Positions 40,589-51,279 of a stretch of 64,000 nucleotides of DNA are shown here, piece by piece. Numbering within the stretch: position 1 is the stretch's first letter; each line of letters starts with the position of its first letter. Location: positions 17,150 through 81,149 of the forward strand of contig URCQ01000007.1 in assembly GCA_900546435.1 (NCBI GenBank). Direction: 5' to 3'. Origin of the DNA: an uncultured Pseudobutyrivibrio sp. (GTDB taxonomy: Bacteria > Bacillota > Clostridia > Lachnospirales > Lachnospiraceae). Made by a program: the position numbers and the translations under genes. The notes under the pieces were generated by a model. That model was not told where the DNA came from. It worked only from the letters and a program-made list of their open reading frames with translations, and searched no databases.

Positions 40589-42685
40589 TTACTCATCTTC
40601 TTCTAATACCAGATTCCCGGATAAAAACACATTCGGATAGGCAAACATCTTATTTACGCCTGCAAACGATATACGGATTTTGCCCGTTTCTTCGGAAACA
40701 GCACCTACTTCACCTCTTCCATACCGGCTATGAATGACCATATCGCCTCTCTGCACTTTCGGAATGATTCCACCGGATTCTTTTCTTTTTTCTTTGCCAT
40801 GCATTTTTGTTTCCGGCAGTAACTCGCCAAGAAACGTAGATTTTGTTTTTCCTCGAAAAAGGATTAAATTTTCTTTTGCTCTCGTAATTCCCACATAGAA
40901 CAATCGTCGTTCTTCTTCGTAGGCTGCAATTTCTTCCCGGGATGCTCTGCGATAGGATGTCAATGCACTCTCTGGGAATAACCCATCTGTTACATCCAAA
41001 AGATACACCGTATCATATTCCAATCCCTTACTCGAATGAATGGTGGACAAAATCATTTTTGCATGATTGTCATTTTCCTTTGAACGTAATGTTTCTTCCA
41101 ATTCATCCAGATGTGCAACAAACGCTAGTGGTGATTCCACGCCCTCCGCAAGCATTTGCAATATCTCTGTTTTTGTATTTTTCAAACGTGTGCGTTCCAC
41201 ATAATCCAAATAACCCATAGGATTTAAAATACGATACAGTGCTTTCGGTGCTGATTCCCGCATCATATTTACCATATGCGTTCGCATCGCTTTGATTTTA
41301 CCTGCTGTCCAATTGCCCTCTCCATAATATTCCAATGCCACGTCGAACACACTGCGTTCTTCCCGTCGCGCCTTGGCACAAATAGCTTCCGCATCTGCTC
41401 TTTTCATAAAAAACTGCAATTTGTAGTATATCTGCATAAAGAGTTTCGTGTCCGTTGTATCTGCTGCAAACAAAATAATATTTCGAATATCATTTACAAT
41501 GCGATGGGTAAAAAATGAAATTTCTGCATTCTTCATGCGATAAGGAATCCCATGTTTTTCAAGCAAATCAATCAGTGGCAGTGCACTTTCATTATCCCGA
41601 TATAAAACTGCTGTCGTCTGATAATCTTCTGCCGCCTCTTCCATCAGACTACGCGCTACTTTTAACAAATATCCGTACTGACCTTTTCGTCGCACCACGT
41701 CCACTGTGCGAATCTGACTGGTTGCCGGGTGCGATGGATACATGTGTTTTTCATGACGTAATGTGTTCTTCTGAATAAAAGCATCCGCTGCCGCAACAAT
41801 ATTTGCATTGGATCGATAATTCGTCTCCATCAGCAGTACCGTTGCATTCGCATATTGCTTTTCAAATGAAAGCAATGCCTCAGGATAAGCCGCGCGAAAT
41901 CCATATATGCTCTGATCTTCATCACCAACCATGAAAATATGCGCATCTTTTTGCGCCAAAAGTGCAATAATAGCATGCTGAATTTTTGACGTATCCTGTG
42001 CCTCATCCACACACAGATAGTGATATTTTCTTTGAAACGCTTCCAGCAGCTCTGGCGCACTCCGAAACATGTTGTACGCATACACCATCTGATCATCAAA
42101 ATCCATCAGACTGCGTGCTCGCAGTTCTTTCCGATACCGCTGATAAATTTCGACCAAATCGTACTCCGCTTCCTCGCCAAACACTTCCATCTCTTTTTCC
42201 GATAACATCCGATTTTTTATAAACGTAATACGTGTTGCCAAATCCGACAAATCATTTTCACTTGGAAAGTCCCGTTCTACCTGCTGGTATATCATCGATA
42301 AAATCTTTGCCTTTTCGCTCTCATCGCTCAGAAGTGAAAAGGCAGATTTTCTCACCATGCGACTATATATCGCAATTGCCTTTGCGCAAATACCATTGAT
42401 GGTACGAAACTCCACGTGGCTTGCCAATTCTTCGCCAAACATGCGCTCGCATCGGCTGCACATATCATTTTTTGCTGCCACATTATATGTGACAACCAGT
42501 ATTTCCTCCGGGGCAATACCTTTGCAGTAAACCATATAACCAATGCGCGTCACCAAAACTGTTGTCTTACCAGATCCCGGCACTGCCAAAAGAAGTGTTG
42601 GCCTCTCTACCGCCTGCACTGCCATCCATTGCTGTTCGTTTAAATCTATATGAAATTTTTTTATAAATTCTTCCAAAGTCAACAT
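40589..42685 (-). CDS. UvrD/PcrA-like SF1 DNA helicase
   Basis: AVPGSGKT, DEAQD, GDEDQSIYGFR, NYRS, STIHSSKGLE, EERRLFYVGITRA. Confidence 0.93.
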   Translation of the reverse strand: MLTLEEFIKKFHIDLNEQQWMAVQAVERPTLLLAVPGSGKTTVLVTRIGYMVYCKGIAPEEILVVTYNVAAKNDMCSRCERMFGEELASHVEFRTINGICAKAIAIYSRMVRKSAFSLLSDESEKAKILSMIYQQVERDFPSENDLSDLATRITFIKNRMLSEKEMEVFGEEAEYDLVEIYQRYRKELRARSLMDFDDQMVYAYNMFRSAPELLEAFQRKYHYLCVDEAQDTSKIQHAIIALLAQKDAHIFMVGDEDQSIYGFRAAYPEALLSFEKQYANATVLLMETNYRSNANIVAAADAFIQKNTLRHEKHMYPSHPATSQIRTVDVVRRKGQYGYLLKVARSLMEEAAEDYQTTAVLYRDNESALPLIDLLEKHGIPYRMKNAEISFFTHRIVNDIRNIILFAADTTDTKLFMQIYYKLQFFMKRADAEAICAKARREERSVFDVALEYYGEGNWTAGKIKAMRTHMVNMMRESAPKALYRILNPMGYLDYVERTRLKNTKTEILQMLAEGVESPLAFVAHLDELEETLRSKENDNHAKMILSTIHSSKGLEYDTVYLLDVTDGLFPESALTSYRRASREEIAAYEEERRLFYVGITRAKENLILFRGKTKSTFLGELLPETKMHGKEKRKESGGIIPKVQRGDMVIHSRYGRGEVGAVSEETGKIRISFAGVNKMFAYPNVFLSGNLVLEEDE

Positions 42686-42719
42686 AATCTATACTATACC
42701 ATAGAAAGCGGATGCACCT

Positions 42720-43877
42720 CTACATTTCCTTGCGGACAATCAGACACGCAAGATAATACTGCATACGTTCTTCTCCGGATTCCAGGTCACATCCCAACAA
42801 TTCCTTGATTTTACCCATGCGATAAACAATCGTATTTTTATGGATAAACATTTCATCTGCCACCGATTTCACGCTTCCATTGTGCTTCAGATAACAAAAG
42901 AGCGTTTCCACAAGTTCTGATTTTTTATCCGTATCACCAGAAAGCAATGGGGCTAACATATCCTTTCCCATCTGTTCTAGCAGCAATGTATCATGTACGG
43001 AATATAAAATGCGTTCCGTTCCCAGATCATCAAATCGCGTAAATGTCTTATGTTTTCGCATGGCAACCTGAATCGCATATTCCGCTCTTGCAAAAGAAAT
43101 ATGCACATTTGAAATATCCAAAACAGCGGATCCTTCGCCACAATATATCGTCTTGTCCGGCATACGATGTCTGGTTCTTTTCAAAAATCCCTGAATAATA
43201 TCTTCTTTTTGGTCTTCGCTCACCTCATTGATAATCACTGCAAAATATCCATTGTAGTAAAAGAAATGGGCGTTATGCGACACATTTTCCATATAGATCT
43301 GCAGACGATAGCCAATACGTTTTCGATCGAGCGTATCCATACTGTCCAGTCCCTCTGTGGTAATCAGAACAACCTGGAATTTGCCATCCACATCAAAGGA
43401 AGCAGATAGTTTTTCACGATATTCCTTCGCGCGATGTGGCTCTTCAATCGATTTGATAAATGCCGCTGATATCTGCTCATCCGTCTCTGTCTGCAAAAAA
43501 ATTCGCACCGTCAGATCTTTGATCATTTCTGACATCTCAATCACCCATGGCACCTCAATCAATGGCAAATCATTTTCGTCACAGTATTCTCTGACACTCT
43601 TTGGAATTGCTTTGAGATAATACCCTGTATTGATGATCAGACCTGCTGCATGATGACGGTTAAGAATGCCAACGAGGGTCAAAAGTTCCTCCTCTGTGTG
43701 AAAGCCGGCTCCCATCGTTACCGCTAATTCCTTTCCTTTAAAATTTTCCATAATCGTCGTATCTTCTACCATAAGCAACCAGGAAATCGAATTCGCCCAT
43801 CCGTTCTTCCCTGCCACCAGTTTCATCTTATACTTATCCTTCGCAATAATGAGCATATCTTCTACTGTAAATCCCAT
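42720..43877 (-). CDS. PucR family transcriptional regulator
   Basis: N-terminal LVAG..G...I.W PucR ligand domain; C-terminal HTH MFIHKNTIVYR. Confidence 0.9.
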   Translation of the reverse strand: MGFTVEDMLIIAKDKYKMKLVAGKNGWANSISWLLMVEDTTIMENFKGKELAVTMGAGFHTEEELLTLVGILNRHHAAGLIINTGYYLKAIPKSVREYCDENDLPLIEVPWVIEMSEMIKDLTVRIFLQTETDEQISAAFIKSIEEPHRAKEYREKLSASFDVDGKFQVVLITTEGLDSMDTLDRKRIGYRLQIYMENVSHNAHFFYYNGYFAVIINEVSEDQKEDIIQGFLKRTRHRMPDKTIYCGEGSAVLDISNVHISFARAEYAIQVAMRKHKTFTRFDDLGTERILYSVHDTLLLEQMGKDMLAPLLSGDTDKKSELVETLFCYLKHNGSVKSVADEMFIHKNTIVYRMGKIKELLGCDLESGEERMQYYLACLIVRKEM

Positions 43878-44079
43878 CCTATCCCCTTTCTGCGGTCTGC
43901 GCGTACAACTGTTTTTCCTTGCGAAACAGTATACCATTTTTTTGTGATGTTGTCACAATTTTTTCATGTTTTTTCAAGTTTACAACCCATAGCATCCTAT
44001 CTTTATTGTGCTACAATATAATTACAAAAAAGAAAAGAGGTTCGACATAGTTCGAAAATAATCGACGGAGGTGTTTGGT

Positions 44080-44244
44080 ATGCTTACAGTAGGTTACGTA
44101 GATAGTTTAGAAGAACTTGGATTTAGTACTCCTGCTCCAGAGTGGGTAAAAACTGAGCGCTATGATTATTGCGATCAGTTAGTAACAAGAAAGGAAAACT
44201 TTTTCCAGATGATATCGCAGTTCTTTTCTAAATTATTTCGTTAA
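44080..44244 (+). CDS. Small protein (54 aa) with amphipathic C-terminus (not in ORF track)
   Basis: RBS GGAGGTG; MLTVGYVDSLEELGFSTPAPEWVKTERYDYCDQLVTRKENFFQMISQFFSKLFR; extended -10 TGcTACAAT upstream, terminator downstream. Confidence 0.72.
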   Translation: MLTVGYVDSLEELGFSTPAPEWVKTERYDYCDQLVTRKENFFQMISQFFSKLFR

Positions 44245-44276
44245 TTTCACATCTTTTTAATATTTTTTCCTTTAAT

Positions 44277-44309
44277 AAAAACGCCTGACGGATTACCGTC
44301 AGGCGTTTT
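44277..44309. terminator. Bidirectional terminator
   Basis: AAAACGCCTGACGG-ATTA-CCGTCAGGCGTTTT. Confidence 0.9.
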
Positions 44310-44352
44310 GCTTTGTCTCTTTTTTTCTGATTTAGGAAATATCCCCCTATTT

Positions 44353-45333
44353 TTATAGCATATGTGCTCTTAAATCTTCTGCTGACATTGGGCTCAGATA
44401 TGCCGGTGCAATATCAAACACGGTCTTACATCCGGTCGTTCCTTCCTCTGCCAGACGATTGATTGCTCTTGCAAATGCAAGAATAACAGAAGATGTAAAT
44501 TCCGGATTGGAATCTAATTTCAAACTGTATTCAATGACATGCTTATGTTCTTTTTCCAAACCTGTCACACCCGTACGGAATACAAATCCGCCATGTGGTA
44601 TACCGGTATGATCTCTTTCAAACTCTTCTTCCGTAATAAAATGCACGGTTGTATCATAATCGGCAAAGTAGTTTGGCATTGTCTTGATTTCTTCTTCAAT
44701 CTTAGCAAGATCTGCCCCTTCTTCTGCTACAACAAAGCATTCTCTCGTATGCTTCTGTCTTGTTGAAAGCTCTGGATTTTGTCCGGAGCGAACGGCTTCT
44801 AAAGCACTTTGTACCGGGATGGTATACTGCTTTCCGTTTTTTACACCAGCCACACGACGGATTGCATCTGAGTGGCCTTGACTAACGCCTTTGCCCCAGA
44901 ACGTATAATCCTGTCCTTCCGGCAAAACAGCAGAACCATATAAACGCATCAGGGAGAACATTCCCGGATCCCAACCACAAGAAATCAGTGCCACATGTCC
45001 ATGTTCTTTTGCAACACGATCCACTTCTGCAAAATGTTCCGGAATCTTCGCATGCGTATCAAAACTGTCAATGACATTGAAATACTTGGCATATTCCGGT
45101 GTCTGCTTTGGCAGATCTGTTGCAGAACCACCACATAAAACCAGCACATCAATCTGGTCTTTTAATGCTTCTATATCATCTGTAGAATATACCTTTACGC
45201 CTTCTGTTGCCGGGACAATCGTTTTTGGATCGCGTCTTGTAATAATACAAGTCAACTCCATATCCGGATTCTGACGAATTGCACTTTCCACACCACGTCC
45301 TAAATTACCATATCCTAAAATTCCTATTTTCAT
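44353..45333 (-). CDS. ddh: meso-diaminopimelate dehydrogenase
   Basis: GYGNLG, CGGSATDLP, DSFDTHA, GWDPG, WGKGVSQGHSDA, NPEFT. Confidence 0.97.
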   Translation of the reverse strand: MKIGILGYGNLGRGVESAIRQNPDMELTCIITRRDPKTIVPATEGVKVYSTDDIEALKDQIDVLVLCGGSATDLPKQTPEYAKYFNVIDSFDTHAKIPEHFAEVDRVAKEHGHVALISCGWDPGMFSLMRLYGSAVLPEGQDYTFWGKGVSQGHSDAIRRVAGVKNGKQYTIPVQSALEAVRSGQNPELSTRQKHTRECFVVAEEGADLAKIEEEIKTMPNYFADYDTTVHFITEEEFERDHTGIPHGGFVFRTGVTGLEKEHKHVIEYSLKLDSNPEFTSSVILAFARAINRLAEEGTTGCKTVFDIAPAYLSPMSAEDLRAHML

Positions 45334-45369
45334 AATGATACCTCCGTATTGTATAGTTTCTATTCTTCC

Positions 45370-47004
45370 TTAGAAAAAATCACCCAAAACAAAATCATCT
45401 TTTGTGCTTCGCTTCACTTCATAAAGCATGCGGTCTGCTGCCGCCAGAAAATCCCACAGACGATTTCCCGCAAGTGGTTTTTTCATACAGCACCCTTGTG
45501 ACAAAGTAACATAATTGACGCCCAATGGACTCTTTTCAGCCAATGCAATCTTATGAGCACTTTCCTTTAAATCTTTCATGCAGGCTGTAACTTCTTCTTC
45601 CTTCTTGCCATCATAGACGATAACAAACTCATCTCCGCCATAGCGTCCTGCAAAAACACCCTCATATCTTTGCATAATGGAAAAAAGAGCATTAGCCACT
45701 TCTACAAGATAACGATCTCCTTCCATGTGTCCAATGGAATCATTGATACTTTTAAAATTATCTATATCAAGAATCTCCACGCCAACATAACGATCTTCCT
45801 TGATTGCTTTTGCCAAAACCGTCTCCGCATAACTATGCCAATAAGAACGATTCGGAAGTCCTGTCAACGTATCATGGTTTGATTTGATTAGAAGCTCTGC
45901 ATTCTTAGCAGTAATTTCCTCCTGTGCCAACCGCATACATCTTCTCTCTATGTGTGCTGTCTCTGCCTGCAAAACAGATTCCATATTGTAGACGTCATTA
46001 TTCCGATAATGCTCCATAAAAAGCTCTGTATATTCCTCAAACGCTTCATGGTCATGCAAAATCTTTGCACATTGAATCCGTTTCATCAAAAACTGGCTAT
46101 AAAGATAGAATGCTGCCTTGTCTTTTTCGCACTTATCCATATAATAATCCAGGATTTCCACAGTCTCATAAAAACGTTCCATCTTCATATGTAAAGAGAT
46201 ATAGAACATAATATCATCAATGTAATCTGTATAATTGTCACTTTGATGGAAATATTTTCGTGCAACCCTCAGTTGTCGTTCACATTCTTCCTGATCACCT
46301 ACAGCAAACGCTACATTTGCCAAAAACGTGTGAATGCCAAAATCATCTATTGTCTGCTCATATTGCCCTAGTTCTCCCACCACTTCTCGCACACGCCCCG
46401 CATATTCCTGCGCTTTTGCATAATCTGCCATAGCAAGATAACAATACCCCATGCTGCAAAGCAGACAACTCATGTTACCAATTGCAATTGCTCGCGGCAT
46501 GTCCGTTGTTTCTTTGGTCAAATATTTTGCTGCCATATGGTAATAATGCAGTGCCCGTTCGTAACAGAAATGTTTTTGGAACAGATCCGCCAGGTTCGAA
46601 CATGCCATCCCTTCCACATAACGGATATCATGTTCTTCACATAAGTCAATGCAATCCATATAGCAATCAATTGCACTTGTAAAATTACCAATCAGTGACA
46701 TATACACGCCTAATACGTTAGAGGAACGCGCTGCCATATAGTATTCGCCTATACTCAGCTGATACTTTATCCCCTCGCGCGCACAGCTGATGGCACTCAC
46801 ACAATCATTATCAGAAGCATAAAACTGCATCATATAAAAATAGGCATAGGCAAACAATTCATCTGACGCTTCTTCCGCCGCATACGAAAAAAGCCGTTCA
46901 CAGTATTCCCTGTATTTATGATAATCCGGCGCATACTGCTGCCCGACTTTATCATGCAAAATCTGAACACACTCTTCAATTTTCGAATCATATGTATGCT
47001 TCAT
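45370..47004 (-). CDS. TPR-containing diguanylate cyclase
   Basis: Helical TPR-like repeats, then DTLTGLPNR, RYGGDEF. Confidence 0.88.
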   Translation of the reverse strand: MKHTYDSKIEECVQILHDKVGQQYAPDYHKYREYCERLFSYAAEEASDELFAYAYFYMMQFYASDNDCVSAISCAREGIKYQLSIGEYYMAARSSNVLGVYMSLIGNFTSAIDCYMDCIDLCEEHDIRYVEGMACSNLADLFQKHFCYERALHYYHMAAKYLTKETTDMPRAIAIGNMSCLLCSMGYCYLAMADYAKAQEYAGRVREVVGELGQYEQTIDDFGIHTFLANVAFAVGDQEECERQLRVARKYFHQSDNYTDYIDDIMFYISLHMKMERFYETVEILDYYMDKCEKDKAAFYLYSQFLMKRIQCAKILHDHEAFEEYTELFMEHYRNNDVYNMESVLQAETAHIERRCMRLAQEEITAKNAELLIKSNHDTLTGLPNRSYWHSYAETVLAKAIKEDRYVGVEILDIDNFKSINDSIGHMEGDRYLVEVANALFSIMQRYEGVFAGRYGGDEFVIVYDGKKEEEVTACMKDLKESAHKIALAEKSPLGVNYVTLSQGCCMKKPLAGNRLWDFLAAADRMLYEVKRSTKDDFVLGDFF

Positions 47005-47042
47005 ACTACTGCTCCCTTTATTTTGTATGTTTGCTACAACTA

Positions 47043-47071
47043 ATTATATGACAATTTGGAATCTATGACAA
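47043..47071 (-). promoter_or_regulatory. SigA promoter of the TPR-GGDEF gene
   Basis: TTGTCA-17-TATAAT. Confidence 0.7.
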
Positions 47072-47100
47072 GAAAAAACATATTTTATTCACATTTTTCT

Positions 47101-49269
47101 CTAACACTGTAGCGCCTTTGCTAATGTTTCAATCAGGCGTCGGATATCTATCGGTTTCGCAATATGTCCATCCATTCCCGCCGCAAATGCATTCTGTTTA
47201 TCTTCTTCAAAAGCATTTGCTGTCATGGCAAAAATCGGAATCTGTGCCTTTTTTTCATCTGCCAGCGAACGTATATACCGTGTTGCTTCATATCCATCCA
47301 TCACCGGCATCTGAATATCCATAAGAATGACATCATATGTTCCTGGTACCGCCATCTGTATTTTTTCACACGCTTTTTTGCCATTATCTGCTACATCAAC
47401 TTCAAATCCGATTTCTTCCAAAACCGTTTTTGCAATTTCCTGATTCAGTTCATTATCCTCAACCAATAAAACGTGTTTTCCATGAAAATCATGAGGAGCT
47501 TGCAACTGCTCTTTTTCTGTCTGTTTTCTCTCCCCTGGTGCGAAGCATAATGTGATTGTCACTTCTGTTCCGCATTGCGGCTCACTTTCTATAGAAATTG
47601 TTCCATGCATCATGTCTACAATACTCTTTGCGATAGCAAGCCCAAGACCTGTTCCCTGAATACGACTGACCGTAGACGTCTGTTCTCTGGAAAACTGTTC
47701 AAACATGTGTTTCTGAAATTCTTTGCTCATTCCAATACCATTGTCCTTGATATGAAATTCGTATTTTCCATAACCATTCTCCGAGGATGCTTTTTGAACA
47801 ACACGTAACCATATCGAACCACCTGACGGCGTAAACTTTATGGCATTCGACAGAATATTAAGCATAACCTGATGCAGGCGCAAGGGATCTGCTATGACAT
47901 CTTCCATTTGCACTTCCGTCATATCAATAGAAAACGATAATCGTTTTGCCGTAATACTATTTTGAATCATATCGCAGATATCATGCATCACATCCGGCAA
48001 ATGTACCATTTGTTCTTCTAAATGTACTTTGCCGCTCTCAATACGGCTCATATCCAGCACATCATTGATCAATTCTAACAGATGCCCACTTGACGCAGCT
48101 ATCTTGTTTAGATATTCCAAAACCTTCTCTTTGTTATCTATATGCGACACAGCAAGTGATGTAAATCCCATAATCGCATTCATTGGCGTACGAATGTCAT
48201 GACTCATATTAAACAAAAAATCACGTTTGGCACGATTTGCTATCTCTTCCTGCGCAATTGCATGTTTCAATTCTTTGTTCTTTCTTTCCAGCGCTCTCTG
48301 ATAATTTGCGCGCTGCGCTTCCTGCTCAGCTTCCATTTTTTGCAATGTCCGAAAACGAAGGATCTGCATAGTAGAAAACAATAACGCATAAATGACAACG
48401 GCAATTGCCATATTTGGTATCGTTGCATCATATAGCGAAGCCTCTGGTATATAGGTATACAGATAGTAATTTCGTCCGTGACTATACATGCCATAATAAT
48501 TTTTTGCATTCTGCCTATCTCTGATAGGCGTCAGCATTTCTGCCTGCCTTTTTGATTGTAACTCATGACAAATCTCGTTGTCTCCGATTTTTTTTCCAAT
48601 CATTGATACATCATTTGAAGCAGTGATTTCATCCCCCTCTGCAATGATAAATGTACCATACACATTCTTTGGATAACCATCAAGAATAGATTGCACAGAT
48701 AATACAGATTTATCTGCAAATTCAGCGTCGACATGACGATACGCTAAAATAATAGCACTCTGATCCCCACTGGCATGTATGGCAACATCAATATGAGATC
48801 CATCCTCTAACAAAATACGTCTGATATATGTTTTTTGCTTATACGATGCCACATCCATAACACTGTCTGTTTCCAGTTCTGTTTGCATAACATCATAACC
48901 CACGCCATCACGGGTATACTCTGTCCGGATATTTCCATCCGTATCTAAGATCGTAATACCCGTAAGCCATTGCTGCATTACTTTGGCTCGCACCTCTTCT
49001 TCAGTCGTCGATAAATTACAATCCGAAAGTGCCTGCACAGCCAATGTTTCACGAATAAGACTTTTTGCAATTTCTGTATCATTATATCTCTTATAATTAT
49101 TTGTCTGTGATTTCAAAAAATCTATCGTGGTCGCCATCTGTTTTTCACATTTTTTTTCATCTAATTGTTTGGAACAGATAAAAGTGATCAGTAGCAGAAT
49201 CATCCCGATGACCAAAAATAACAAATGATATTTTCGATCCACAAATTTTTGTTTTTTGCTATTCTCCAA
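47101..49269 (-). CDS. Hybrid sensor histidine kinase/response regulator
   Basis: Two TMs around an extracellular domain; FLFNMSHDIRTPMNAI H-box, N/G boxes, C-terminal REC (LLVEDN, LMDIQMP, KP). Confidence 0.95.
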   Translation of the reverse strand: MENSKKQKFVDRKYHLLFLVIGMILLLITFICSKQLDEKKCEKQMATTIDFLKSQTNNYKRYNDTEIAKSLIRETLAVQALSDCNLSTTEEEVRAKVMQQWLTGITILDTDGNIRTEYTRDGVGYDVMQTELETDSVMDVASYKQKTYIRRILLEDGSHIDVAIHASGDQSAIILAYRHVDAEFADKSVLSVQSILDGYPKNVYGTFIIAEGDEITASNDVSMIGKKIGDNEICHELQSKRQAEMLTPIRDRQNAKNYYGMYSHGRNYYLYTYIPEASLYDATIPNMAIAVVIYALLFSTMQILRFRTLQKMEAEQEAQRANYQRALERKNKELKHAIAQEEIANRAKRDFLFNMSHDIRTPMNAIMGFTSLAVSHIDNKEKVLEYLNKIAASSGHLLELINDVLDMSRIESGKVHLEEQMVHLPDVMHDICDMIQNSITAKRLSFSIDMTEVQMEDVIADPLRLHQVMLNILSNAIKFTPSGGSIWLRVVQKASSENGYGKYEFHIKDNGIGMSKEFQKHMFEQFSREQTSTVSRIQGTGLGLAIAKSIVDMMHGTISIESEPQCGTEVTITLCFAPGERKQTEKEQLQAPHDFHGKHVLLVEDNELNQEIAKTVLEEIGFEVDVADNGKKACEKIQMAVPGTYDVILMDIQMPVMDGYEATRYIRSLADEKKAQIPIFAMTANAFEEDKQNAFAAGMDGHIAKPIDIRRLIETLAKALQC

Positions 49270-50065
49270 GTCGATCCACCTCCAAATATGTCTGTGGATG
49301 CTCTAAATATGCTCCAACGATTTTTTGCATTGTTCCGTCTGCTTGCATATCCGAAAACGTTTTCTGTATTTGTTCTGCCAGACCCCGACTATCCTCTTTT
49401 GCAAAGGCTACACCAATCCCCGTTGTCAAAATAGCATCATCCAGAATACGAAAGTCAGCATCATAATCTTTTACATACTGCAAAATTGCTGTCTCATGAG
49501 CAGCAATCGCATCTACATAACCACAATCTAACGCTGCATATTGCACACTTCTGTCTTCCAGACTAATGATTGCAATATTTTCCGGGAAACGCATATCCAG
49601 ATGATTCAGTAAAATTTCTTCCGGTTTGCCCGTTGTCTGAACCGCGATTTTCTTTCCTTCTAAATCCATACTATCCTGTATCGGACTATTTTTATTGACA
49701 GCAATCACCTGACGACTAACCATATACGGTCCTGCCCACTGATAGTCGTCCTCACGTCCACTCATGGAATAGCACCCCCAGATACAGTCAATCTCGCCTG
49801 TCTCTAGGAGTGCATCCTTTTGTTCCCAATTAATCACGGAAAATTCCACATGATAGCCAATACGCCGAAATGCTTCTTTCGCAATATCCACATCAATTCC
49901 AGTCATAGCCCCATCGCTATCCTGATAAATATACGGCGGATAAATATCACTGCCCACTACTATCGTCGGCATTTCCCGATTTGCATGTTCGGGTATCACT
50001 TTACAGCCCGTAAAAAAACATAACACACTGCTAAGTAATAGCAGTCCTCCCCAAAGCTTTTTCAT
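49259..50065 (-). CDS. Family 3 (amino-acid type) substrate-binding lipoprotein, no cognate permease
   Basis: Lipobox FTGC; YPPY..GIDVDIA, W......L..G.ID, GKKIAVQ. Confidence 0.88.
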   Translation of the reverse strand: MKKLWGGLLLLSSVLCFFTGCKVIPEHANREMPTIVVGSDIYPPYIYQDSDGAMTGIDVDIAKEAFRRIGYHVEFSVINWEQKDALLETGEIDCIWGCYSMSGREDDYQWAGPYMVSRQVIAVNKNSPIQDSMDLEGKKIAVQTTGKPEEILLNHLDMRFPENIAIISLEDRSVQYAALDCGYVDAIAAHETAILQYVKDYDADFRILDDAILTTGIGVAFAKEDSRGLAEQIQKTFSDMQADGTMQKIVGAYLEHPQTYLEVDRLGE

Positions 50066-50069
50066 CTTC

Positions 50070-50756
50070 CTATGCCAATTCCTTTATTACATCAAGAACC
50101 ACTTCGATTCCAACTTGTGCCGCTTTTTCCGCAAATGTTGCATAATCCATCTCAGCGCCCTTACCATCTGAAATACTGCGGATAATTGCAAACGGAACCT
50201 GATTCACATAGCAGACCTGTCCGATACTTCCACCTTCCATCTCACCGGCAATTGCACCAAAATTCTCATGTAAGTGCACCTTTGTGCTCTTCTTTGCTAG
50301 GAAAAGATCTCCCGTCGCAATGGTGCCTACTTCGTAATTAATATTTCTTGCTGCAACACATTTTTCAATCACTGCATTCAGTTTCTCATCTGCCGGCAAA
50401 TAGATTTCGTTCAATCCGGACAAAAGCCCAATCGGATCTCCCAAAGCAGATGTATTCATATCATGTTGTACCACACAGTTTGCAATAGCAACATCCATCA
50501 CGCCCAACTCTTCACAAAGTGTTCCTGCCACACCAATATTTATGACACAATCCACATCATACTTTAAAATCATTGCCTCTGTACAGATTGCAGCAAACAC
50601 TTTTCCAACACCACACACTGCTGCCACCACTTCTACGCCTTCCACCTGACCTTGCGTAAATATAACGCCGCTCGTCTGTGTTTCTTTCGTATCCGTCATA
50701 TGTTTCTTTAAATTGTCCACCTCAATCTGCATAGCTCCAATAATACCAATTTTCAT
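50070..50756 (-). CDS. mtnN: MTA/SAH nucleosidase
   Basis: MKIGIIGAM..E, GVGKV, N.GVAG, EMEG, RSISD. Confidence 0.95.
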   Translation of the reverse strand: MKIGIIGAMQIEVDNLKKHMTDTKETQTSGVIFTQGQVEGVEVVAAVCGVGKVFAAICTEAMILKYDVDCVINIGVAGTLCEELGVMDVAIANCVVQHDMNTSALGDPIGLLSGLNEIYLPADEKLNAVIEKCVAARNINYEVGTIATGDLFLAKKSTKVHLHENFGAIAGEMEGGSIGQVCYVNQVPFAIIRSISDGKGAEMDYATFAEKAAQVGIEVVLDVIKELA

Positions 50757-50819
50757 GTTGTATTCTCCTTTTCTCTCCGCAGGACGTTCCTTTTGACCTA
50801 TATCCTTCTACAAGACAAA

Positions 50820-51278
50820 CTACTGTGGATATGTAAACTCCATGTTTGTCTGCTGTTTTAATACTTCCAAATACGTTGCACATTCTGTCTTTGCTGCTGT
50901 AATATCCAAATTGCGATAATTACCACATTCAACGGCAGAAGCTCCAAATACCGGGCCATCATGTTCTACAATCTGCTGTAAAACATGCTTTGTAATTTCA
51001 AAAACATGTTTGTCGTTGGCATTACGAACCAACAGATAAAAACCTGTCTGACATCCCATCGGTCCAAAATAAATCACATCCTCTGCAAGTTCTGAATTTC
51101 TGATATAGGTTGCAAACATATGCTCTACCGAATGCATCGTAAGGTCTGACATGTAATCCCCCATGTTCGGACGTCTTGTACGCATATCATATGTTGTAAT
51201 ATCACCATCCACGCGGGAAATATAAAATCCCGGCACTAAAATATCATGGTTGATTGTAAAGCTCTTGATTCTTTCCAT
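50820..51278 (-). CDS. luxS: S-ribosylhomocysteine lyase (AI-2 synthase)
   Basis: SFTINH, HSVEH, GPMGCQTGFY, CGNY. Confidence 0.96.
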   Translation of the reverse strand: MERIKSFTINHDILVPGFYISRVDGDITTYDMRTRRPNMGDYMSDLTMHSVEHMFATYIRNSELAEDVIYFGPMGCQTGFYLLVRNANDKHVFEITKHVLQQIVEHDGPVFGASAVECGNYRNLDITAAKTECATYLEVLKQQTNMEFTYPQ

Positions 51279-51279
51279 T

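Noticed and set aside
40589..42685. UvrD-like helicase as part of an anti-phage system
   Set aside because: No neighbouring nuclease/ATPase partner; the context is housekeeping/metabolic
45370..47004. TPR-GGDEF gene as part of the luxS-SBP-HK operon
   Set aside because: It has its own near-consensus promoter at 47043-47071, so co-transcription is not required; a functional link remains untested
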